A stretch of DNA of 26,769 nt from a virus (Duplodnaviria; Caudoviricetes), in the IMG/VR virus record IMGVR_UViG_3300020042_007005, positions 1 to 26,769 of that record, one strand, 5' to 3'. The position numbers were made by a program, and so were the translations under genes. Positions within the stretch are counted from its first letter, which is position 1. Each line of letters opens with the position of its first letter. Positions 9,706 to 16,715 of this stretch are shown one piece after another. A model generated the notes under the pieces. The model saw nothing but the letters and a program-made list of their open reading frames with translations. It had not been told where the DNA came from and made no database searches.

Positions 9706-9948
9706 TCATTTGATCCGGTCGAAGACCTCTGACGATTTTTCAACCGCTTCGAGGAAATCTGTTAAGACCTGAGCCTGACCTTGGAGGCGGTACAGTCGGT
9801 GCGGTTCTTCTGCCTGCATCAAGGAGACCTTGGTCTCCTCTAGCTTGGTCCGGAACAGCGCCAGTAGCGCCTCGTTTTCTTGCAGCTTGCAGCGGATTAG
9901 TGCTTGCATGTGCTGCCGATCAGGCTTTTGGCCTATAAAAATCTTCAT
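9706..9948 (-). CDS. Small helical protein between portal and scaffold
   Basis: LYRLQGQAQVLTDFL motif typical of genes at this position. Confidence 0.7.
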   Translation of the reverse strand: MKIFIGQKPDRQHMQALIRCKLQENEALLALFRTKLEETKVSLMQAEEPHRLYRLQGQAQVLTDFLEAVEKSSEVFDRIK

Positions 9949-9954
9949 GTGTGG

Positions 9955-9984
9955 ATTCTATACAACAAATTCACAAAAAGTCAA
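9955..9984 (-). promoter_or_regulatory. Sigma70-like promoter, probably giving a leaderless mRNA
   Basis: TTGACT-N18-TAGAAT, then 6 nt to the ATG at 9948; no RBS. Confidence 0.55.
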
Positions 9985-10046
9985 ACAACAAAAACAACTA
10001 GACGGAAGTTAAGTTGGTGTTGTACACTACAAATTTAGGAGCTTGT

Positions 10047-10691
10047 ATGAAACACGAACGTAAAGACATGGTTGGGCTGGTGTTTGGTCGATTGACGGTA
10101 AACGCATTCTCTCACACCCACGACAGTAGAGCTATGTGGAGCTGCACCTGCGTTTGCGGGAAAAATACGGTCGTATCCGGAAAACTGTTGCGGTCTGGGC
10201 ATACACAATCGTGCGGGTGTTTAGGGTTAGAGGTAAGAGTAGCTGCCACGAAAAAACACGGCGTTAGCCACGCTAATGACAGGACATATAACTGCTGGAA
10301 AGACATGCGAAAGCGCTGCAACAACCCTGCAAGTGCTTACTACTACCGTTATGGTGGAAGAGGTATTAGAGTCTGCGCAGCGTGGGACGACTACAGCGCA
10401 TTTTTGGCAGACATGGGTCCATGCCCGGAAGGTTACTCTATTGAACGTATCGACATTAACAGGGGGTACGAACCTGAAAACTGCAAGTGGATTCCACTAA
10501 ATAGGCAGCAAAGAAACACATCAAAGTCACGCTATATAACCGCGTTTGGTAAAACCCAGCTACTGGTAGAGTGGGCTGAGGAGTACAAACTGGCGGCAAA
10601 AAACATAGCCGCACGGATTAAACTGGGGTGGACTCCTGAAAAAGCCATTACCACCCCAGTCCGCGCTACTAAACTCCGTTCGGGCGACTAA
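10047..10691 (+). CDS. HNH-type homing endonuclease, free-standing, antisense to the operon
   Basis: FGRLTV...WSCTCVCG...SCGC...YGGRGIRVC...SIERIDINRGYEPENCKW...QQRN; AGGAG RBS before ATG 10047. Confidence 0.85.
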   Translation: MKHERKDMVGLVFGRLTVNAFSHTHDSRAMWSCTCVCGKNTVVSGKLLRSGHTQSCGCLGLEVRVAATKKHGVSHANDRTYNCWKDMRKRCNNPASAYYYRYGGRGIRVCAAWDDYSAFLADMGPCPEGYSIERIDINRGYEPENCKWIPLNRQQRNTSKSRYITAFGKTQLLVEWAEEYKLAAKNIAARIKLGWTPEKAITTPVRATKLRSGD

Positions 10692-12759
10692 CCATTATCG
10701 AATTTTCCCTGCCCCCTACCTGAGACCCGTCAGGCAGCATATTCTTTGGCGCTGGGCCCTGAGTCATGCCCGGTGCGCCCGGTGCGCCGCCCTGCATTTC
10801 GCCCATGATCATGGCCAGTTGCTCTTGGAGCTGAGCGTTTTGCTGCTGCAGATTCTGCATGGCTGTCAGTGTCGGACGGTCTGGGACGATCCGGTTGACG
10901 TTGCCGCTCAGGTTGCGAGCCTGCTCGCGCAGGAGCTCCGCCGCGCCATCCATGCCAACAATTTGCTGAGCCACCGGGCTGTTGAGCACCAGAGTCAGGA
11001 ACTCGTTGCGACGGATCGCTTCGGCTTCTTTGACCACCAAGCTGGTAGCGCCCTTGGCCACGGTCTTGACGTCGCCGATCAGGTCTGGGTCTTTGCTGTA
11101 GCGCAGGTTGTCTTGGTACAGGCGCTCGATTGACGGCACGATGACATTGCGGTCAATGTTGCTGATTACCTGCTTGATGCCCTTGCCAGCGTTGCTGATG
11201 AGCATGGACAAGCCAGACGACGTACGGCCAGCTCCGGGGGAGCTTTCGCCAGTCATGTAACGCGGGATCATGGTGTCTTCGTCAGCGCGGGCGCTGAACT
11301 TCTCGAACACGGACATAAGCTCGTTAGCGTTGCTGTTTGGCTGGAAGAACTGCAGCGGCTGAGAACCGTCGTTGAACTCAGAGCTCTGGAACTGCCAGAT
11401 TTTCCAAGGGTACATCTCTGTGATGTCCTCGCCCGGGGGCAGGCGAGACACGTTCACAGCCACCTGTGGGCCAGAGCTGATGCCCATGTTGTTGGCCAAG
11501 CTGCGAGCAGCGGCGTTCACCATGTTCTGCGAGTCGCGGCACAAGTCGGCCACACCCTTACCAGCCACAGCGCCCGGTATGCGCTCGTAGGACGTCACGT
11601 AGTACGGCTTGCGGCCCAGCGGGTCGTAGTTCAACACAGCGCGAATCACTGTGGAGCCAACCAACCACACCTCGCAGGGGTAGTTCAAGTCTGGATCAGG
11701 AATCTCTTTTGCAGACAGACCCCAAGTCAGCAAGTCCTTACCTTGCACGCTGTCCCACATCTGGAGTGCGTCGATCAGGTCGGTCGTGAAGATGGTCTGG
11801 GTGGTGTCTTTGCCTTCGGCAGTTGCCTGAGCGCTGTCTGTCCAGAGCCACTCGTTGAGGTTGCCAGACTCGAAGGAGTTGAGCACCGATCGGATGGCGT
11901 CGTCGTTGTACCCGGGCACGCCGATCAAGGCCTGCAGGTCTTCACGAGTCATGCGGTGGCGCTCGATGTTAAATCCGTCTTGGATGTCCGAGCACCATGG
12001 AGCCCAGTAGAACATGAACGGGTCAACCCGCTCCCACTCGTTGCGAATCTCCTCAGACGGCACCAGTTCGCCATTCTGCCAAACCATGGTCTTGCGCTTG
12101 CGCTTGACGGGGCCCTTCATCACAGCGTAGGGGAACGTCACCACGTCGTCCAAGAACGCGTTCAGCGCGTCGGTCCAGCCACCTTCAATAAGCTGGTCTT
12201 CCATCTTGAGTTCCATGCGGTCAACGCGCTCGTTGGCCTCTTCGCGCAGTTTGCGCATCGCTGCGTCTTTCATCAAGCTGGCGGTCTCACGCAACTGTGT
12301 GGGGTCTGGCATGGCCATACCCTGCTCCATCATGACCTGCAACTGCTGCTGCATGCTGGCCATCAGCTCTTGGATGATCTCTGGCGGCATGGTGGGCTCA
12401 GGTGTCGCTTCAATGCTCCACGGCTTGTCAGAGCCAACGCCCAGCAAGGTATCACGCAACCAGCTTGTGGCAGCACGGCACTTCACCGACGTCAGCTGGA
12501 TGTAAATCTCCGAGCCGCCTTGCTTCTTGATATCTGCTATTTTGTCAGGGTCGTACTCACCGTTGCGCTGGCGCAGACACTGCAGCATGCGCTCTTCGAT
12601 GGTTCGCTTGGCTTCACGAGCAGACTCCCAGCGCTTGCGTGCGTGAGCGGCCAGCCCTTGGATCACAGGCTGAGCCTGCATGTCCGTGTTGCGTTTTTGC
12701 GACTCCCGCTCCAGATCGGAGCTACGAGCTACGGGGATGAGTGCGATGCCTGTGGCCAT
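10669..12759 (-). CDS. Portal protein
   Basis: 696 aa between terminase and scaffold; KCRAATSWLRD, ERVDPF, GVADLCRDSQ, SSGPQV, RTSSGLSML motifs. Confidence 0.9.
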   Translation of the reverse strand: MATGIALIPVARSSDLERESQKRNTDMQAQPVIQGLAAHARKRWESAREAKRTIEERMLQCLRQRNGEYDPDKIADIKKQGGSEIYIQLTSVKCRAATSWLRDTLLGVGSDKPWSIEATPEPTMPPEIIQELMASMQQQLQVMMEQGMAMPDPTQLRETASLMKDAAMRKLREEANERVDRMELKMEDQLIEGGWTDALNAFLDDVVTFPYAVMKGPVKRKRKTMVWQNGELVPSEEIRNEWERVDPFMFYWAPWCSDIQDGFNIERHRMTREDLQALIGVPGYNDDAIRSVLNSFESGNLNEWLWTDSAQATAEGKDTTQTIFTTDLIDALQMWDSVQGKDLLTWGLSAKEIPDPDLNYPCEVWLVGSTVIRAVLNYDPLGRKPYYVTSYERIPGAVAGKGVADLCRDSQNMVNAAARSLANNMGISSGPQVAVNVSRLPPGEDITEMYPWKIWQFQSSEFNDGSQPLQFFQPNSNANELMSVFEKFSARADEDTMIPRYMTGESSPGAGRTSSGLSMLISNAGKGIKQVISNIDRNVIVPSIERLYQDNLRYSKDPDLIGDVKTVAKGATSLVVKEAEAIRRNEFLTLVLNSPVAQQIVGMDGAAELLREQARNLSGNVNRIVPDRPTLTAMQNLQQQNAQLQEQLAMIMGEMQGGAPGAPGMTQGPAPKNMLPDGSQVGGRENSIMVSRPNGV

Positions 12760-12762
12760 ATC

Positions 12763-13014
12763 TTAAATCCTTGGGGTTCCGGGAGCCGCAGCAGCATCAC
12801 TTGCACTGGTGCTTGACACCTTCATTACAGTGGCGACCGTGGGGTATACGTACGGCGTACTGTGGCTCCAAACTGTTTCAATCGAACCGTTAATATCTGG
12901 GTTAAGGCCGAACTTAAACAGCGGCTTATGGCCAGCAACCATACCCCGGGCTACCTGAAGCTCGAAGGGTTCTGTCCTATCTTGAGAGGTAATTGACGGG
13001 TAGAAAAAAGACAT
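12763..13014 (-). pseudogene. Apparently truncated member of a longer phage structural-protein family
   Basis: EPFELQVARG...HKPLFKFG.N...ETVW...YVYP...MKVSSTSASDAAA matches the N-terminus of a family I recall as much longer; stops after 83 aa. Confidence 0.5.
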
Positions 13015-13036
13015 GGCTGTCTCCAAGAGTTACCAG

Positions 13037-13064
13037 ATTGTACGCTGAGCTGTCAAGGGGTCAA
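13037..13064 (-). promoter_or_regulatory. Putative promoter for the portal unit
   Basis: TTGACC-N16-TACAAT, with an additional TTGACA 8 nt before the -10. Confidence 0.45.
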
Positions 13065-14536
13065 GTGTAGGTGTACGAGGACTTCTTCACCTCGCGCCTG
13101 CCGGTGTTGAGCGTGCCGCCCCGGATGTTCATGTCAATCACGGAGTCGGCGTACTGGTTGGCGTCGTGAACGTGAGAGAAGCTGTTTTTGTCTGGCTTGT
13201 CCTCCATCTCCCCTGACTTCTTGATTTTGTACCGGTAACCATACCGGAACCCCTTGACCAGCGTGGTGCATCCCGGGTCGATCAGGTACAGCGCTTTACC
13301 TTCCAACTGTTGCACAAGCAAGCGCTCGACAGCCTGAATCCGCTTCTCTGGGTCGTTTGTCGGTGGCCGCTGGCATTTGAACCCGGCCTGCTTAACTATA
13401 TCCACCAACGACACTTCGCCCATTTGCTGCTTGGCGTACCCTGCTGGGTCCGGGGCCACGACGAACGAGCACCCCTGCATGTTGTTCGCGATGAACGGGT
13501 TCAGCTTTGTCCGCAGGAACGTCTCGATACCCATGTTCTCCGACGTCAGCTCAGCCAACGTCACTACGCGCCCGCGTGGGTCGCGCTGCTTGAACACTGC
13601 TGCCGGTGTGCGCCCGAAGTCCAGCCCGATAATGACCGGGTAGTCCTCGCTGCGGATCGGCTTGATTTTTTCTTTGCCCACATGGAAATCGTATGTGAAC
13701 GTCTTCTCGTACACCGGCGTCCCAGACAGGCTACGGCCATACTCTGAGCGCAGGTACACACGCAACCAGTCATCGGTCTTGCCCGGGATGATGTTGGGGT
13801 AGTACTGCTTGGGCAGGTTGTTGTAATTGTCGCACTCAGTGTTCACGGCCCACTCAACGCCGTCCTTATCCAGCAGCACCTCTTCGGCCTCTTCACCGAA
13901 CTTCTCAAGGTACGCGTCTGGCTTGATGATCGCGGCAGGCTGCTTGTATATCGCCCAGTTTGACGGCGGCTCTTCCATCTTGTTATGCCACCATGTGTCC
14001 TCGTCGGGCATGTTGGTGTCAAACAACGCACACGACCGTGTGGGCCCACCGTCCTTCATCGACGGGTATCGGTTCAGACGACCTAGCAGGCCATCCACAA
14101 CCTCGCTGTGCAGCTCCCGGCTCTCGTTACCCCACAGGAACGTGGTCTCCAGTGACAGCGCCTTACGCACGTCGTCCGGCGTATCCAACGCGATGAACAG
14201 CCACTCCGACTCCACCTTGGTGCCGTCCGGCAAGTTCGCCATGAGGATAAACGTTTTCTCCACGGCCTTCCAGATACCAGCCTCGCCCGGGGGCAGCCAG
14301 TCGAACACCGTCTTTCGCGTCGTCAGGGCCAGCTGGTCTGCCGTGTTACGCACGATAACCGCCCGCGTCTTGCGGATTTTCTTGGCGTTCGGTGCCTGCC
14401 CACAGGCCATACGAACCAGCTCATGCACGCATGTGACCGACTTGCCCCCACCGACCGGCCCGGCCAGCACGCGGACGTACGCCTCGTCAAGCATAAAGTT
14501 GCGCTGTGTCTCGGTCGGTTTGTATGTGCTGCTCAC
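13061..14536 (-). CDS. terL: Terminase large subunit
   Basis: Walker A GPVGGGKS, VIVRNT, Walker B-like FLWGNE, DTN motif; RNase H-like nuclease GLDFG...DPAG...HVHDANQY. Confidence 0.95.
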   Translation of the reverse strand: MSSTYKPTETQRNFMLDEAYVRVLAGPVGGGKSVTCVHELVRMACGQAPNAKKIRKTRAVIVRNTADQLALTTRKTVFDWLPPGEAGIWKAVEKTFILMANLPDGTKVESEWLFIALDTPDDVRKALSLETTFLWGNESRELHSEVVDGLLGRLNRYPSMKDGGPTRSCALFDTNMPDEDTWWHNKMEEPPSNWAIYKQPAAIIKPDAYLEKFGEEAEEVLLDKDGVEWAVNTECDNYNNLPKQYYPNIIPGKTDDWLRVYLRSEYGRSLSGTPVYEKTFTYDFHVGKEKIKPIRSEDYPVIIGLDFGRTPAAVFKQRDPRGRVVTLAELTSENMGIETFLRTKLNPFIANNMQGCSFVVAPDPAGYAKQQMGEVSLVDIVKQAGFKCQRPPTNDPEKRIQAVERLLVQQLEGKALYLIDPGCTTLVKGFRYGYRYKIKKSGEMEDKPDKNSFSHVHDANQYADSVIDMNIRGGTLNTGRREVKKSSYTYT

Positions 14537-15045
14537 TTGATCTCCTTGACCTCAGCGTCCAGTGTAACGGGTGTGATGGTCTGCTGGTTGCTCAAGTTAA
14601 TACTCTGCCCACCGCCCAAGTCGATAGAAATGCTGAACCCCGGGCCAACATCTTTGACTTTTTCCTCTCTGGGCTCTAACCCTGCGGCCTTGATGAGCGT
14701 TTTGAGGACTTCATGCTTCTGGCTGAGGCTGGCATCGGTCGACGCCGCACTGAGGTACACCTGATCGAGCAAGTCCCCGGCCATCCACGCGGCCTTGGCC
14801 TTGAACGTGACGCCGTTTTTCTCATACTCGGACCGTTTCATCTGAACTTGCAGTTGAAACCACGGCTGCGCGGCCAATTCGTTGTAATCCTCGACGGATA
14901 CCCCATGACGAGCGGCCACGATCAGCTCATCCTCTAGGCCAAGGGCTATCGAAGCGACCATTTCGTCGCTGATTTGTGGGAATGACACCGTTTTTGGCTT
15001 GTATTCCAGCGGAAAGTCATCCATGGGGGTGTTTTCAGACAGCAT
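14533..15045 (-). CDS. terS: Terminase small subunit (putative)
   Basis: 4-bp overlap with terL; start reassigned to ATG 15045 (GGAGG RBS); helical core with C-terminal GFSISIDLG strand. Confidence 0.65.
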   Translation of the reverse strand: MLSENTPMDDFPLEYKPKTVSFPQISDEMVASIALGLEDELIVAARHGVSVEDYNELAAQPWFQLQVQMKRSEYEKNGVTFKAKAAWMAGDLLDQVYLSAASTDASLSQKHEVLKTLIKAAGLEPREEKVKDVGPGFSISIDLGGGQSINLSNQQTITPVTLDAEVKEIK

Positions 15046-15205
15046 TTGCAGCCTCCGCAGCCTGCTTTTTGGCTTTCTCAAGGGCTTGGTAGTACTTTTC
15101 CATGGCAATTCTGGCCATTTCAGCCGAGGAAACGCCCTTTTGGGTGGCCAAAACACGGTATTTTTCAATCAATTCTTCGGGCAAATACAGGTTCCATCGC
15201 TTCAT
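15035..15205 (-). CDS. Ribbon-helix-helix (CopG/Arc-like) DNA-binding protein
   Basis: MKRWNLYLPEELIEKYRVLATQKGVSSAEMARIAMEKY: alternating beta strand, helix, GxS turn, helix; GGAG RBS before ATG 15205. Confidence 0.8.
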   Translation of the reverse strand: MKRWNLYLPEELIEKYRVLATQKGVSSAEMARIAMEKYYQALEKAKKQAAEAANAV

Positions 15206-15217
15206 TTTGAGCTCCAA

Positions 15218-15314
15218 ATGTATGTATACACACGTATTGTACATACGTTTTTCAATTTTTTGGGGCTTTTTTGCAAGGGGGCGGGGTGTTTTTATGGGTG
15301 TATGTATACATACA
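15218..15314. promoter_or_regulatory. Operator-like palindromes upstream of the RHH gene
   Basis: ATGTATGTATACACACGT (15218-15235) beside a minus-strand TACAAT (15236-15241); perfect 16-bp palindrome TGTATGTATACATACA (15299-15314). Confidence 0.6.
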
Positions 15315-15356
15315 TGTCGTAGGTTTGATGTGCTAAGAGACTGCGTCGTAAGCAGA

Positions 15357-15398
15357 GGGCGGGGCGGGTGGGGCCTTGGGGGGCCTGTGGGGGGTGGG
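15357..15398 (+). other. G-rich tract with seven G runs (G-quadruplex-capable); candidate packaging/terminus region
   Basis: GGG C GGGG C GGG T GGGG CCTT GGGGGG CCTGT GGGGGG T GGG. Confidence 0.6.
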
Positions 15399-15461
15399 TA
15401 GCGGCCAGACCATTAGTGGAAGGGTTGACTACAGGGTAGCGGCCAGACCAGTAGTGGAAGG
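15396..15461 (+). repeat. 28-bp direct repeat, two copies
   Basis: GGGTAGCGGCCAGACCA(T/G)TAGTGGAAGG at 15396-15423 and 15434-15461, one mismatch, 10-bp spacer. Confidence 0.95.
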
Positions 15462-15462
15462 A

Positions 15463-15855
15463 CTAGCATCCTGTGTGAAATAACGCTAACAGCTAGGTGT
15501 CGAGTAGGGTAACTCCCCGAAGCCCAGTGCGGGTAGAGGTGCGAAGCCAGAGGACACGTGGATAGTCACACGCCAACGGGTCAAGCCGGGCCGGGTGTCA
15601 AGCCGCTACCTGCCTTGCAGGATTGGACTCATCGCGTTGCCATAAGTGGACGTGTCCTGAGAACCCAAGTAGTTGCCGATCATTGCGAGTATGCAAGATG
15701 ACTCAAAATGCGTAGGGGCTATAAATTTATATCGCAGGCTTTTTGAGGTTGCCTGACCAACAAACTAACCGAGCGCCAACAGCCGGGGGCGCTAATACCC
15801 GGAAGCCCTCTCAAGGGGCTTGAGTGTATATCCGTTTTGGGTATACATCAAAGCT
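15463..15855 (+). ncRNA. Candidate large structured RNA / 5' leader of the early operon
   Basis: No convincing ORF; helices 15468-75/15616-23, 15529-36/15606-13, 15551-59/15650-58; repeated GGU-GNNAA-GCC hairpins; H-type pseudoknots 15735-15770 and 15772-15802; non-Watson-Crick pairs are G-U on the + strand. Confidence 0.6.
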
Positions 15856-15878
15856 CAATCAACCACCTAGGAAAAATC

Positions 15879-16403
15879 ATGGAAAAAGCTCAAATCCTCA
15901 AGAATATCGGTTCAATCGGTCGTGCATCCAAAAAGCTGACCTCTGATATTCAATCAACCGCAGTCGGTTGCGCTCTCCACGCTGTCAAGCATGGTGACGT
16001 AACTCTTGCAGACCAACTCGTGGACGCCTTGGGTAAGGGTATGCGCAAAGCATCGTTGCGTGCATGGTTCGAGACCAACACGCCAATGTTCATTGCCAAG
16101 GGCAAGGACAAGTTTAGCTTCGATACTGAGCGTGCCAAGACTATGCGTGGCATGGATGCCAAGGTCTTGGAAGAAGGTCTTATGGCCCTTGCATGGGAAG
16201 AAGCTAAGCCAGAAGAAAAGGTAGTGTCGGTATTCGACGTGTCCGAAGCGTTCGACAAGTTTATCAAGCGTGTCGAGTCTATGACCAAGGATGCCGAGGT
16301 CACAACCCGCAATCGTGAAATGCTGGATTACTTGCAGTCCGCCAGCGCTCAGTATCACGAAGCCAAGGCTCTCAACAGCCGAGTGTCTTTGTCCGCCGAG
16401 TAA
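15879..16403 (+). CDS. Conserved early phage protein (HGDVT motif), function unknown
   Basis: ATG 15879 with AGGA RBS; IQ...LHAVKHGDVTLADQLVDALGKGMRKASLRAWF resembles first-early genes of podoviruses. Confidence 0.8.
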   Translation: MEKAQILKNIGSIGRASKKLTSDIQSTAVGCALHAVKHGDVTLADQLVDALGKGMRKASLRAWFETNTPMFIAKGKDKFSFDTERAKTMRGMDAKVLEEGLMALAWEEAKPEEKVVSVFDVSEAFDKFIKRVESMTKDAEVTTRNREMLDYLQSASAQYHEAKALNSRVSLSAE

Positions 16404-16420
16404 TCACAGGTCTCAGCCTG

Positions 16421-16440
16421 AAGCCCACAAGGTGGGCTTT
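16421..16440 (+). terminator. Stem-loop (weak terminator or RNA processing site)
   Basis: AAGCCCAC-AAG-GTGGGCTT followed by only a short U run. Confidence 0.45.
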
Positions 16441-16466
16441 GGAGTGTCACTTGTAAAGGAGTAACC

Positions 16467-16715
16467 ATGTCTCGCGTTCACTTAGTTCATTCTGGTGCTA
16501 TGTCTAAGCACCACACTAGCACAGCCGCACCCAAGTCTGTGCCGCTTTACACACCATCGCGTGTAGGGTATTCAAGCCGCCGAGCCAAGTCCAGTGGCGG
16601 GCAGTCGTTCGTCTACACAGCCGCGTCTACCAACGGATTCAGGTATCCAAAGCTGTCGCCAAGCGAGTCAGGCACTGGCTTTTGGCATCAGCGCAACTCC
16701 AAGCCGCAGGCTTGA
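16467..16715 (+). CDS. Small basic hypothetical protein
   Basis: AAGGAG RBS; 82 aa, Ser/Lys/Arg-rich. Confidence 0.65.
   Translation: MSRVHLVHSGAMSKHHTSTAAPKSVPLYTPSRVGYSSRRAKSSGGQSFVYTAASTNGFRYPKLSPSESGTGFWHQRNSKPQA

Noticed and set aside
11743-12816. 357-aa plus-strand ORF
   Set aside because: Antisense shadow of the portal gene, with no RBS or motifs
15046-15168. Extended terS N-terminus in the ORF track
   Set aside because: Overlaps the RHH gene; ATG 15045 has a GGAGG RBS
15396-15461. Mini-CRISPR array
   Set aside because: Only two copies, a 10-bp spacer, a non-palindromic repeat and no cas genes
15735-15770. preQ1-I riboswitch
   Set aside because: The AAACUAA tail is similar but the GGUUC-type 5' signature and a queuosine gene context are absent
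15463-15855. tmRNA, RNase P, group I intron or IscB omega-RNA
   Set aside because: No T-arm/CCA or tag ORF ending in AA, no GAGGAAAGUCC, no host gene or ordered intron core, and no IscB/TnpB gene
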